A DNA stretch of 64,000 bases from Acidimicrobiia bacterium (GTDB lineage Bacteria > Actinomycetota > Acidimicrobiia > Acidimicrobiales > JANYDT01), in the NCBI GenBank assembly GCA_031418775.1, contig JANOJN010000016.1:5771-69770 (forward strand), in the 5' to 3' direction. Under the pieces are notes generated by a model. It made no database searches, was not told where the DNA came from, and saw nothing but the letters and a program-made list of their open reading frames with translations. The stretch's first letter is position 1; every line of letters starts with the position of its first letter. The position numbers were made by a program, and so were the translations under genes. Below, in pieces: positions 1-9,476 of the stretch.

Positions 1-697
1 GCCATCGCCGGTCGGAGGCGTCGACGGTGAAGTTCACGCCGTCGACGAGGGCGGCCTCCGTTGTGGGTAGGGACGCTTCGACTCGTCCCGAAGCGAACAC
101 CGTCCACGATGCTGTCCATACGCGTCCGGTCTCGATCTCGGCCTTCCACGTGATCTCGAGGGATGACCCGCGGACGGCAAATGAGGCGGCGCCGTCGACG
201 ACCACGGTGGCGAAAAGTTGACCGTCTCGTTGACTTGTCGCCCGCGGCCCTTCGCCGATCGTCCACGGAAGCGCCGGCCCAGGGGATCGCCCGGACCGGA
301 GACGAAGGATCGACGCGCCGTCGGACTCGAGGACGACGACGAGCTCGACCGTCTTCGTCGGTCCGAAGGAGTGCAGCTCGATGTGCTCGGTGACCGAGCC
401 GTCGACGACGGTTCGCCGCCGGATGAGCAGCGCCTTGGCGTTGCGGTGTGCATCGAGAGCAGCAAGGGATGCGATGCGGTCCGATGAGGCGCCGGTGCGA
501 TCCGACGCGAGCATTGGTGGCTCAAGGCCGTCGAGCAGAACGGTGACCGAACTGAGCAGCCGCTCGTCACGGAAGAAGACCCCGAGGAGAGAACCCGGTC
601 GGATCGCACCGGGTCGCGACGACAGCGAAATGGTGGTTCCTCGAACGAGTGTCGTCGTGTCGCTGGGAGCGAGCACCTCGATCGATGGGTTTGTCAT
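1..697 (-). CDS. glycogen-debranching-enzyme N-terminal domain / amylo-alpha-1,6-glucosidase family protein (5' part only; continues beyond left window edge)
   Basis: Absent from the ORF track because it has no in-window stop. I checked the minus frame from ATG 697-695 down to nt 2: 232 codons, no stop, G/C-rich third positions. N-terminus MTNPSIEVLAPS...GSLLGVFFRDERLLSSVTVLLDGLEPPML resembles the GDE_N_bis domain. It lies directly downstream of the sugar ABC operon. Confidence 0.5.
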   Translation of the reverse strand, partial: MTNPSIEVLAPSDTTTLVRGTTISLSSRPGAIRPGSLLGVFFRDERLLSSVTVLLDGLEPPMLASDRTGASSDRIASLAALDAHRNAKALLIRRRTVVDGSVTEHIELHSFGPTKTVELVVVLESDGASILRLRSGRSPGPALPWTIGEGPRATSQRDGQLFATVVVDGAASFAVRGSSLEITWKAEIETGRVWTASWTVFASGRVEASLPTTEAALVDGVNFTVDASDRRW

Positions 698-731
698 TGC
701 ATCCAGTTGTAGTTGATGGACCGAGCGGAAC

Positions 732-1700
732 TCAGCCCTTGACTGCGCCCGATGAAAGACCTTGACGGAAATGCTTCTGGAACACGAAGAACATGATCGC
801 CATCGGAATGGTGGTCAGCATCGCTCCGGAGAGCATCGTGGCCCATGGAACCGACGTGCCGAACTCGCCCTGCAATGACGCCAGACCGACGGGAAGCGTG
901 CGGAGCTGGGGCGCGGCAGGGGTGGCGATGAGGACCTTCACGAACTCGTTCCACACACCGTTGGTTCGAAGGATGAGCAGCGTGAGCACTCCCGGCGCGG
1001 CCATCGGGAGGATCACGACGCGGAACGTCGTGAAGCGCGATGCGCCGTCGATGGCTGCCGATTCTTCCATTTCGCGGGGGATCTGCTCCATGAACTGTTT
1101 CATGACCAAGATGTCGGCGATATCGAACAGCAGGGGAACGATGATTCCCCAATAGGTGTTCAAGATGTTGAGCTGCTTCATCATGATGAACTGCGGGATG
1201 ATCAGGACGATCCCCGGAATGCCCATCAGCAGAACGATGAGGAAGAACACCGCTCGCTGACCGCGGAACTTCATACGGGAAAGTGCGTAACCCGCGAGTG
1301 AGGCGATGATGATTCGACCTGTCACGACAACCACAGTGACGAACACCGAGTTGATCATCCACCGGGGGAAGTCGACGCTGTCCTTGTTCAGCCCTTTGAG
1401 GCCCTGAAGACTCGGGCTCCCGAGGGCGCGGCTGAAGCTCAGGCTGGTCGGGTGCTTCGAGATATCCGGGTCGGACTTGAACATGCTGATCGCCGACAGA
1501 ATGAACGGCGAGATGTAGGTGAGTGCCGCGGTGATCAGGATGGCGTAGAGGAACACCTTCAGCGCAAGGCGCTTGCGTCGTTCCTTCTTCTGCTGAATGA
1601 GCCAGTAGTCGATCTCCGCCGGGGCGTCGATGATGACCGTCATCGGTTCATTCCTTCCGGCGCTGGGTCGTTCCGTTTCATCAGTCGTACCCCTTGTCAC
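732..1700 (-). CDS. carbohydrate ABC transporter permease (MalG-like)
   Basis: 322-aa ORF with multiple hydrophobic helices. It has the EAA-type loop (EESAAIDGASRFTTFRVVILPMAAPG) typical of binding-protein-dependent permeases, and overlaps the upstream permease gene by 20 nt. Confidence 0.9.
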   Translation of the reverse strand: MTRGTTDETERPSAGRNEPMTVIIDAPAEIDYWLIQQKKERRKRLALKVFLYAILITAALTYISPFILSAISMFKSDPDISKHPTSLSFSRALGSPSLQGLKGLNKDSVDFPRWMINSVFVTVVVVTGRIIIASLAGYALSRMKFRGQRAVFFLIVLLMGIPGIVLIIPQFIMMKQLNILNTYWGIIVPLLFDIADILVMKQFMEQIPREMEESAAIDGASRFTTFRVVILPMAAPGVLTLLILRTNGVWNEFVKVLIATPAAPQLRTLPVGLASLQGEFGTSVPWATMLSGAMLTTIPMAIMFFVFQKHFRQGLSSGAVKG

Positions 1701-2736
1701 TCACGAGCATGCGTTGGACGAACGTGAAGACGGCGATGATGAAACACAACAGCACTGCGAGCGCCGCAGCAAGGCCGGCCTGTCCATTCTTGAAAGACTG
1801 GAAGTAGATCCAGAACGCCGGTGTGATCGTCGACTTGTCGGGCCCGCCGAAGCTCATGGCGAAGATCTGGTCGAAGACCTGCCACGTTCCGACAAGGCCG
1901 AGGACCAGCACCAGGTAGACCTGCGGTCGGAGCATCGGCAGCGTGATGTAGCGCATGCGCTTCCACCCGGTAGCGCCGTCGAGCGTCGCCGCTTCGTCGA
2001 GGGACTCCGGGATGTTCTGCAGACCGCCGAGGAAGATGAGCATGAGCGTGCCGCTCGTCGTCCAGATGACGCTCGACATGATTGCCGACATCGCGACGCT
2101 CGGCCCGGCGAACCAGTCCCACCAGCTCAGCCCGAAGAACGAGCCCTTCATGAAGCCGGGTGGTTTGTCGACGCCGAACACCCCGAGCAGGTTGTGGAAC
2201 GTGCCGCGAGAATTCCCGAACCAGTTGACCTTCTTGCCCGGGAAGATCTTGTTCGCCAGCCCGTCCACCTGGAACATGAACTTGAAGATCAGCGATACCG
2301 CGATCGAGCTGGTGATCGAAGGAAAGAAGAACGCGAGCCGAAAGAAGCTGCGACCCTTGAGGAACTTCTGGTGGACGACAACGGCGAGCACGAATGCCAG
2401 AAAGGTCTGAATCGGCACAACGAAGATGACGTAATAGAAGTTGTTCTTCAACGACAGCGCGAAATCGGACCTCCGCAGCGAGTCGTCGACGATCAGCGTC
2501 TTGTAATTGTCGAGGCCGATGGACACGGCCTTCTGCGGTGGGGTGATACCGCTCCAGTCGGTGAAGCTCACCCAGACCGCCATGAAGATCGGGATCACGG
2601 TAAAGATCAGAAGCCCGAGCACGAATGGCGCGAGGAAGATCCAGCCCGTTCGGGTGTCGTGCTCGAAGAGCTCGGTCTTTCGGTTGCGGCGGTCGCGGCG
2701 GGTGACCGCCTTCTTCGGGCTCAGCGTGATTGCCAT
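1681..2736 (-). CDS. carbohydrate ABC transporter permease (MalF-like)
   Basis: 351-aa ORF with 6 predicted TM segments and the motif LDEAATLDGATGWKRMRYITLPMLRP. It sits in an operon with the SBP and the second permease. Confidence 0.9.
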   Translation of the reverse strand: MAITLSPKKAVTRRDRRNRKTELFEHDTRTGWIFLAPFVLGLLIFTVIPIFMAVWVSFTDWSGITPPQKAVSIGLDNYKTLIVDDSLRRSDFALSLKNNFYYVIFVVPIQTFLAFVLAVVVHQKFLKGRSFFRLAFFFPSITSSIAVSLIFKFMFQVDGLANKIFPGKKVNWFGNSRGTFHNLLGVFGVDKPPGFMKGSFFGLSWWDWFAGPSVAMSAIMSSVIWTTSGTLMLIFLGGLQNIPESLDEAATLDGATGWKRMRYITLPMLRPQVYLVLVLGLVGTWQVFDQIFAMSFGGPDKSTITPAFWIYFQSFKNGQAGLAAALAVLLCFIIAVFTFVQRMLVSDKGYD

Positions 2737-2858
2737 GACGTGTCCGGTCCAGAGTCGGTGCTTCGGAAACAGCGAACGAACTGCGCGAAGGAGGTCCGGA
2801 TCACCGACGCGACATTCCTCGCATCGGTGACCCGTCGTCCTCCTGAAGGAAAAGGGGC

Positions 2859-4100
2859 TTATCCCTTCAGGACGCTGTTGCCCGCCTTGTCGACGTTGGC
2901 GGCGTAGTCGTCGAAGGACTTCTCACCGCTGAAGACGGCCTTGAGTCCTTTGTTGAACTCTCCCTGTACGTCGCCGAAGCCCGGGACGAACTGGAACTTG
3001 CGGGCATACGAGGCGCCGTCGACGAAGGGCTTGAGCTCCGAACGGGGAGCGAGCCACTTCGCCGCGACCGACGCATGCGCCGGCATGACGTTGAACGCGT
3101 TGGTCCACTTCAGCGACCCGTCAGGACTGGTCAGGAAGTCGACGAGCTTCCACGCGGCGGCCTGGTTCTTCGAGTTCTTGTTCACGCCGTAGCAGACGGT
3201 GAAGGCGAAGGTGCCCTTGCCGCCGGGTCCTGCGGGCAGTTCGGCGTAGCCGACGTTCACCGCCGGGAAGTCCTTCTTCATGTAGCCGACGATCCAGTTG
3301 CCTTCGATGACCATCGCGGCCTTGCCCTTGCCGAGGGCCTCGCCGCCCCATCCGGCACCGATCTCGTCAGGTGCCTGCAGGGTCTTGGCCTTGTACATGT
3401 CGGAGAGGAGCCCGAACGCCTGCTTGTTGGCCGGGCTGTTGACCGTCATCTTGGTGATCTTGTCGTCGGTCATCGCACCGCCGGCTTGGAACATGAACAC
3501 GCCGACTCGCGGGTACTCGAAGCCCATCGACAATCCGACGACTCCGTCGCCGGTGAGCTTGGCGGAGGCCGCCTTCAGCTCGTCCCAGGTCTTGGGCGGC
3601 GTGACGCCCTTCGCTGTGAGGAGGTCTTTGTTGTACACGAGCGCGAGCGTGGAGAAGTCCTTGGGCGGGCACACGAGCTTGCCCTCGGGGGTTGAGAACA
3701 CCGTGCGCAACGATGGGTAGATGTCATCGGGCTTGGTCAAGGCGCCGGCGGGTACCGGCGCGAGTGCGCCGGCCTTGAGGAGGTCAGGCATCTTGAACGA
3801 GTCGACGTAGAACACGTCGGGCCCTGCGCCCGACGCCAGCGCGGCCTGCAGCGCTGCGTCGTATTCCTTCTGCGGATTGAAGACGGCTTTGGCCCCGGTC
3901 TTCTTGTTGAACTCGCTGACCAAGCCGGTGAGCGCACCGTCTTCTTCGGGCGAGCTGGTCCAGCCGTAGATGCTCAGCTTCTTGTTCTTGAGCACGACAG
4001 GTGCGGCCTTCTTCGTTGCCGCCGTGGCGGCCGGCGCGATGACAGCAACCGCAACAAGTGCGGCGATCGCGATGCGTGAGTTTCGACGGAAAGATGTCAC
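2859..4100 (-). CDS. sugar ABC transporter substrate-binding protein (secreted or lipoprotein)
   Basis: C-terminal 413 codons of the 536-aa ORF. GTG at 4100 is preceded by AAGGAG 7 nt upstream and is followed by a signal peptide (VTSFRRNSRIAIAALVAVAVIAPAATAATKK). The body resembles family-1 extracellular solute-binding proteins. Confidence 0.85.
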   Translation of the reverse strand: MTSFRRNSRIAIAALVAVAVIAPAATAATKKAAPVVLKNKKLSIYGWTSSPEEDGALTGLVSEFNKKTGAKAVFNPQKEYDAALQAALASGAGPDVFYVDSFKMPDLLKAGALAPVPAGALTKPDDIYPSLRTVFSTPEGKLVCPPKDFSTLALVYNKDLLTAKGVTPPKTWDELKAASAKLTGDGVVGLSMGFEYPRVGVFMFQAGGAMTDDKITKMTVNSPANKQAFGLLSDMYKAKTLQAPDEIGAGWGGEALGKGKAAMVIEGNWIVGYMKKDFPAVNVGYAELPAGPGGKGTFAFTVCYGVNKNSKNQAAAWKLVDFLTSPDGSLKWTNAFNVMPAHASVAAKWLAPRSELKPFVDGASYARKFQFVPGFGDVQGEFNKGLKAVFSGEKSFDDYAANVDKAGNSVLKG

Positions 4101-4198
4101 GGAGTTTCTCCTTGGAGCGTTTGCCAGCCAACGGCTGAGGGCTTGACGGTTGATTGGTAGGACGGGGTGCCGCGTGTTGTGGTCGTCGTGCAGTTGCG

Positions 4199-5287
4199 TC
4201 ATCCGGTCCGTCGAACGATCAGCTCGGGTTCGAGCAGCACGCCTCGGGGTTCGGAGTTCGGGTCGGCGAACTGCGCCGACAGGAGTTGGGCGATTGTTTG
4301 CGCGACCGCGGTGATCGGCTGGCGGATGGTGGTGAGCCCTCCGCCCGCGTAGGCGGCGACGGGGGAGTCGTCGAAGCCGATAACGGCAGCGTCTCGGCCG
4401 GGGACGATTCCCCGGGATTCGAGTTCGCCGAGGACAGTGAGGGCCTGGAGATCGGACATCGAGACCCATGCGGTCGGAGCATCGGGTCCGTCGAGGAGGT
4501 TCGCTATGGCTTGGCGGTCGACGACAGCATCGTCTTGGAGCGACACGATGTGGAGGTCGGCGGTGGGGATGCCCGCTGCGGCGATGGCGGAACGCACGCC
4601 CTGCTCGCGCTCGTCGTTGACGACTCCGGGTTCGCGGGGTCCGAGCCAGGCGAACCGCCGGTGACCGTTGGCGAGGAGGTGGTGGATGGCGAGTCGGGTG
4701 CCGGCGCGGCCGTCGACATCGACCCAGGAGTGTTCCGCTGCGCCCCAGGTGCGGCCGAAGCTAACAAAAGGCATGCGGCGTTCGAGAAGAGGGGCCGGGC
4801 GACGATCTTCCCGCTCCGTGCTGGAGAACACGACGCCGTCGGCCGCCGACTGTGCTGAGAGCTCCCAGTAGCGGGCGATCTCGCCGTCGAGGTCGTTCGA
4901 TGCGAACAGCAGGATGTGGCAGCCGATCGCTTCGACCGCTTCGGTCAGCTCGTGGAGGAACGTGTCCATGACGCTGTTGAGGTGGCCGACGACAGGCGGG
5001 ATCCGGTAAGCGATGGCCCGCGAGGTGCCCGTTCGAAGGTTGCGAGCGTGGTGGTTCGCCCGGTAGCCGAGGGTATTGATGGCGAGCTGCACCCGCTCGA
5101 TCGTCTCGGGGCGGACCCGGTGGGGTGCGTTCAGCACGTTCGACACCGTCTGGCGGCTGACTCCGGCGTGCCGGCCCACGTCTTCGATCGTGGGAGTGGC
5201 GTGGACGAAGCGCTCAGGCCGCTCGGAGACGACCTCGAGATGCCCGAGGGGCCCGCCAGTGCGGCGTTGCAGAACGTCATCGGTCAT
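4199..5287 (-). CDS. LacI family transcriptional regulator
   Basis: N-terminal HTH PTIEDVGRHAGVSRQTVSNVLNAPHRVRPETIERVQLAINTLGYRANHHARNLRTG followed by a periplasmic-binding-protein-like core. Confidence 0.9.
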   Translation of the reverse strand: MTDDVLQRRTGGPLGHLEVVSERPERFVHATPTIEDVGRHAGVSRQTVSNVLNAPHRVRPETIERVQLAINTLGYRANHHARNLRTGTSRAIAYRIPPVVGHLNSVMDTFLHELTEAVEAIGCHILLFASNDLDGEIARYWELSAQSAADGVVFSSTEREDRRPAPLLERRMPFVSFGRTWGAAEHSWVDVDGRAGTRLAIHHLLANGHRRFAWLGPREPGVVNDEREQGVRSAIAAAGIPTADLHIVSLQDDAVVDRQAIANLLDGPDAPTAWVSMSDLQALTVLGELESRGIVPGRDAAVIGFDDSPVAAYAGGGLTTIRQPITAVAQTIAQLLSAQFADPNSEPRGVLLEPELIVRRTG

Positions 5288-5313
5288 CGCAGGCGGCCCC
5301 CGATCGGTCGTTT

Positions 5314-5372
5314 TGAACGTTCATTTGAACGTTCATATTCTGCACAGTACGCACTTCGACTCGGCGTGTCAA
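5314..5372 (-). promoter_or_regulatory. candidate promoter (TTGACA-17 nt-TACTGT) followed by two tandem TGAACGTTCA palindromes (candidate LacI-type operators)
   Basis: On the minus strand, TTGACA is at 5372-5367, followed by a 17-nt spacer and TACTGT at 5349-5344. Perfect 10-bp palindromes TGAACGTTCA lie at 5335-5326 and 5323-5314 (12-bp period), 27-48 nt upstream of the LacI start. Confidence 0.5.
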
Positions 5373-5420
5373 CGGTCACATCGAGATTTCGACTCCGGCC
5401 CGCTCCAGCCGGCCGGGCGG

Positions 5421-6230
5421 TCAGGATCGCGGGGCGATGGCGAAGCTCGCTGTCGCCGTCTCCTTCAGCGAGCGCCCCGCCGTTCGGAGAATGCCGACGA
5501 GCAGGTCGGGGCGTCTGGTGTAGATCCCGTCCACTCCGAGGTCGACCAACTCCTCCATGTCCTTCGGGTCGTCGACGACCCACGTCAGGACCGAGGTACC
5601 CATGCGATGGCTGAACGCCAGCGATTCCGCTGTCACCCGTCGAGAACCGTTGTCCGCCTTGAACCGGGGCTGGCTCACCAGTTGCGTGGAGCGAAAGGTA
5701 CGGTCTCCCGATTCTCTGGCCGCCCGGGCGGCACGCCGCTCGGTATCGGTTCCCGATGTCCGCAGGCCAGGGCATGTCCTTCGGAACTGCAGCACTTGCG
5801 CCGAGCTGTCGGCCCCCACATAGACATCGTCGATTCGGCGCAGACGCGCAAGGAGCTCACAGACCGGTTTCACGGCGAGTGTTCGCTGATCTTTCAGGTC
5901 GAAGATGACGAGTGTGGCCGGGAAACGGCGAAGGATGGCTTCGACGCTCGGAACCGTCAAACCCTTGCCTCGGAAAGGGTGTGTGCCATGACTGGTGAAT
6001 CCCCACCCGGCATCGAGCTTGGACAATTCGGCGAACGGTGTTGTCGAAACCTTCCCGGGAGCGCCGGTCGTTCGACGCAGCGACGAATCGTGAAACGCTA
6101 CGGGCACGCCGTCGGCGGTGATCGACACGTCAATATCGATGACGTCAGCTCCCATCGCCATGCTCTTTTCGTACGCGTAGAGGGTGTTCTCGGGAAACAG
6201 GCCATCGCCACCGCTGTGGGGAATGATCAA
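5421..6230 (-). CDS. glycerophosphodiester phosphodiesterase (GDPD) family protein; possible frameshift separates it from an upstream signal-peptide ORF
   Basis: IIPHSGGDGLFPENTLYAYEKSMAMGADVIDIDVSITADGVPVAFHDSSL matches the GDPD N-terminal core (variant HSGG instead of HRG). The ORF starts at TTG 6230. See the finding on 6227-6385. Confidence 0.75.
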   Translation of the reverse strand: MIIPHSGGDGLFPENTLYAYEKSMAMGADVIDIDVSITADGVPVAFHDSSLRRTTGAPGKVSTTPFAELSKLDAGWGFTSHGTHPFRGKGLTVPSVEAILRRFPATLVIFDLKDQRTLAVKPVCELLARLRRIDDVYVGADSSAQVLQFRRTCPGLRTSGTDTERRAARAARESGDRTFRSTQLVSQPRFKADNGSRRVTAESLAFSHRMGTSVLTWVVDDPKDMEELVDLGVDGIYTRRPDLLVGILRTAGRSLKETATASFAIAPRS

Positions 6231-6540
6231 GGTCTGCCGGTTCGGAACGGATTGACGAGCGGGCGCGGGGCGGCACGAGCTGCGCCGTCTACGGACACCG
6301 ATGCGACCGTCGAGAGCACAACGGCGAACGAGACCAGGCGGCGCAACTGCTGGCGTTCTCGCATGTCACTCCCTTTCCGTCGCATGTTTACGTCACGCGC
6401 GGTCGTTTCGTTCACTGTTCGCCGAACGAGGCCTGCGGTCGCCCCGGAGGAAAGTGCCGACGCGGACTTGAGCGGGAGGTCGACTCCTTTCATCCATACC
6501 TCACGAGGAATCGGCCAAGGTCGGAGTCCGCCGTTGTACG

Positions 6541-7488
6541 TTGCATCCGGCGGCTACTCACGCCGGAGGGTTCATGGCGGACAGCGAGTCTCGAGATCCG
6601 GCGCCGGCCGACTCCTCGCGGTCGGTCGCACGGACACTCCTCGGAGACCGGAGGGTCCTTGTTGCGGGCGCCTTCGTCGCGTTGATCGCGGCTGTCTGGC
6701 TCCTTCGCTCTCCCACACCCAATCGTCCCTCTCGCGAAGAGGTGTCCGGAATCGTCACGAAGGCCGTCAGCGCCGCGGTGTCCGACGCCAAGGACGACCT
6801 CGCGTCGGCGCCGGCCCGCTCCGCTCTCGCGTTTCGTCGCGTGCTTCCGTCGGTGGTCTTCATCACGACCGGCGACGCGGAGCGCCCGGTGACCGAGGCC
6901 GACGGTAGTCCGACCTCCACTGTCCGTCCGAGCGGCGGTCCGGCACCGGAAGCCGAGCGCTCCGGCGGCCTCGGCACAGGCGTGATCATCAACGCCGACG
7001 GCATGATCCTGACGGCCAACCATGTGGTGTCGGGAGCGAAGGTCATCACCGTGACCTTCGCTGACGGGACGTCGAGTGCAGCGTCGGTCGAGTCGGCCGA
7101 GCCGGAGCGAGACATCGCCGTCCTCAGGGCGGATCGCAAGCCCGAGGTCGTGGTGCCGGCGGTGATGGGTGGTGGCGTCAAGGTCGGCGACGAGGCCTAC
7201 GTGATCGGCCACCCCCTCGGGCTCGGGGACTCGATGAGTGCGGGCGTCATCTCCGGTCTGGACCGGTCGATTCCGACCGAGGACGGGACGGTCCTCGATG
7301 GCCTCATACAGTTCGACGCTGCCGTGAATCCCGGTAACTCCGGGGGCCCACTCCTCAACCGCAACGGTCAGGTCGTCGGCATCGTCACGGCCCTCGCCAA
7401 CCCGTCCAAGCAGGGATTCTTCGTCGGCATCGGGTTCGCCGTACCGATCGACGAAGCGAGGGGCTCCGCCGGAGGACCGCCGAAATAG
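6541..7488 (+). CDS. membrane-anchored trypsin-like serine protease (S1C / HtrA-like, no PDZ seen)
   Basis: N-terminal TM helix (VLVAGAFVALIAAVWLL). Catalytic motifs are TANHVV (His), DIAVLRAD (Asp) and GNSGGPLL (Ser). Confidence 0.85.
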   Translation: MHPAATHAGGFMADSESRDPAPADSSRSVARTLLGDRRVLVAGAFVALIAAVWLLRSPTPNRPSREEVSGIVTKAVSAAVSDAKDDLASAPARSALAFRRVLPSVVFITTGDAERPVTEADGSPTSTVRPSGGPAPEAERSGGLGTGVIINADGMILTANHVVSGAKVITVTFADGTSSAASVESAEPERDIAVLRADRKPEVVVPAVMGGGVKVGDEAYVIGHPLGLGDSMSAGVISGLDRSIPTEDGTVLDGLIQFDAAVNPGNSGGPLLNRNGQVVGIVTALANPSKQGFFVGIGFAVPIDEARGSAGGPPK

Positions 7489-7570
7489 CAGGCCTGACGA
7501 GGCGTCGACAACCCCCGAACACCGCAGTGCCGTTTGATCACCAGCCACCGAATGACGAGGAGCAGCACCG

Positions 7571-8611
7571 ATGCACGAATGGTCCCCGGAGACGAAGACA
7601 ATCGAACAGGTCGCCTATCAGGTGAAGAAGGTGATCGTCGGCCAGGACGGCCTGATCGAGCGTCTGCTCGTCGCTCTCCTTGCTCGCGGACACGTTCTCG
7701 TCGAAGGTGTTCCCGGCCTCGCCAAGACCATGGCGATCAAGACGCTGGCGCGATCGATTGGTGGACAGTTCCAGCGCATCCAGTTCACCCCCGACCTCGT
7801 TCCGGCGGACTTGATCGGCACCCGGATCTACAACCAGAAGACCGGCGACTTCCAGACCTCGCTCGGCCCGGTGTTCGCCAACTTGTTGCTCGCCGACGAG
7901 ATCAACCGTGCCCCGGCCAAGGTCCAGAGCGCGCTCCTCGAAGTCATGCAGGAGCGCCAGGTGACCATCGGCCGCGAGTCGCACCCGGTCCCTGACCCGT
8001 TTCTGGTGATGGCCACCCAGAACCCGATCGAGTCCGAAGGCACCTACCAGCTGCCCGAAGCGCAACTCGATCGGTTCATGCTGAAGGTGCTCGTGGGCTA
8101 TCCGAGCCCAACTGAGGAGTTTGTGATCGTGGAACGCATGACGAACCCGATGGAACCGACGGTTCCGGTGATCGACGTCGATCAGCTCCGGGTGCTCCAG
8201 CAGGCGGCCGCCGACGTCTATGTCGACCCGTCGCTGATCGAATACGCCGTGAAGATCGCGACCGCGACACGCGATCTCGGCTCGATCGGCCTCAAGGGTC
8301 AGGCCCGCTACGTGACATTCGGGGCGAGCCCCCGTGCGTCGATCAACATGATCCTCGCGGCGAAGGCCTTGGCGGTCATCCGGGGTCGTGACTACGCAAT
8401 CCCCGAAGACGTGCGTGAGCTCGCGCTCGACGTCCTGCGGCACCGCGTGGTGCTGTCCTACGAGGCGCTGTCCGAGGACCTTCGTCCCGACGATGTCCTG
8501 ACCAAGGTGCTGGCTTCCATCCGCGTGCCCGACACGCCGACGCAGCAGCGGCGGCCCCGACCATCGGACCGGAGCGGTGATGGCAGCGGTTGGGCTCCCG
8601 CCAACGCCTGA
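7571..8611 (+). CDS. moxR: MoxR family AAA+ ATPase
   Basis: Walker A in HVLVEGVPGLAKTMAIKTLA and Walker B LLADEINRAPAKVQSALLEVMQE. GAGGAG RBS upstream of ATG 7571. Confidence 0.95.
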   Translation: MHEWSPETKTIEQVAYQVKKVIVGQDGLIERLLVALLARGHVLVEGVPGLAKTMAIKTLARSIGGQFQRIQFTPDLVPADLIGTRIYNQKTGDFQTSLGPVFANLLLADEINRAPAKVQSALLEVMQERQVTIGRESHPVPDPFLVMATQNPIESEGTYQLPEAQLDRFMLKVLVGYPSPTEEFVIVERMTNPMEPTVPVIDVDQLRVLQQAAADVYVDPSLIEYAVKIATATRDLGSIGLKGQARYVTFGASPRASINMILAAKALAVIRGRDYAIPEDVRELALDVLRHRVVLSYEALSEDLRPDDVLTKVLASIRVPDTPTQQRRPRPSDRSGDGSGWAPANA

Positions 8612-9476
8612 GGCGGTTCTCCGCCGCATCGAGTGGAAGGTGATCCGCCGGCTCGACGGCCGGCTCCAGGGCGACTTCCGCACCCTCCTGCACGGTTCGG
8701 GGGTCGACGTGGCCGATCTGCGCGAGTACGAGCCGGGCGACGATGTCCGCCACATCGACTGGAACGTGACGGCCCGCACGGAGATCCCGCACGTCCGCAC
8801 GTTCCTCGAAGACCGCGCGCTCACCGCCTGGCTCCTCCTCGATCGGTCTGCGTCGATGGCCTTCGGTCCCACGGATCGCCCGAAGGGCCTGGTGCTCGTC
8901 GAGTTGGCTACCACCTTGGCGCGGCTGCTGAGCCGGGGCGGCAACCTCGTCGGTGCCGTGCTCTTCAACAACGCCGTCGAGCTGACCATCGCGCCGCGGG
9001 CGGGTCGCAATCACGTGCTTCGTCTCACTCGGGAGCTACTGAAACCGACCGTATCCACCGGTACCACTACCAACCTGGCCGATCTCCTGAACATAGGTGC
9101 ACGTACGATCCGTCGACGCTCGCTGGTGGTGATCGCCTCCGATTTCATCAGCGAACCGGGCTGGGAGCAACCGCTGGGTCGGCTCGCCCGACGGCACGAG
9201 GTCGTTGCCCTTCGGTTGTGCGATCCGCGGGAATCAGATTTGCCCGATGCCGGCTTTCTCGTGATCGAGGATGCCGAGACCGGGGAACTGCTCTCCGTCG
9301 ACACCAGCGATCCGGAGTTCCGCCGCCGCTTCGCGGTCCTCGCCGGAGAGCGTGACGCCGAGATCAGGGCGGCGGCGAAGCGCGCCGGTGTCGACCTGCA
9401 CGTCGTCTCCACGGAGGACGACCTCGTCGCTGTGCTCGTCCGGATCGTCGAGCTCCGTCGCCGCCGGAGGCGCTGA
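8577..9476 (+). CDS. DUF58 domain-containing protein
   Basis: LREYEPGDDVRHIDWNVTART motif typical of DUF58. It overlaps the moxR 3' end, the usual MoxR partner arrangement. Confidence 0.9.
   Translation: MMAAVGLPPTPEAVLRRIEWKVIRRLDGRLQGDFRTLLHGSGVDVADLREYEPGDDVRHIDWNVTARTEIPHVRTFLEDRALTAWLLLDRSASMAFGPTDRPKGLVLVELATTLARLLSRGGNLVGAVLFNNAVELTIAPRAGRNHVLRLTRELLKPTVSTGTTTNLADLLNIGARTIRRRSLVVIASDFISEPGWEQPLGRLARRHEVVALRLCDPRESDLPDAGFLVIEDAETGELLSVDTSDPEFRRRFAVLAGERDAEIRAAAKRAGVDLHVVSTEDDLVAVLVRIVELRRRRRR

Noticed and set aside
4101-4202. Alternative SBP start at ATG 4202 overlapping the LacI stop (ATGA)
   Set aside because: The extra 34 residues (MTQLHDDHNTRHPVLPINRQ...) precede the signal peptide and lack an RBS. 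GTG 4100 has AAGGAG at the optimal distance and starts directly at the signal peptide.
5076-6908. 610-aa plus-strand ORF; also 1630-2907, 7538-9010, 15824-17131, 36952-38346, 44145-45746 and similar long antisense ORFs
   Set aside because: All lie opposite genes with clear family motifs and have Arg/Pro/Gly/Ser-dominated sequences. They are treated as non-coding shadows.
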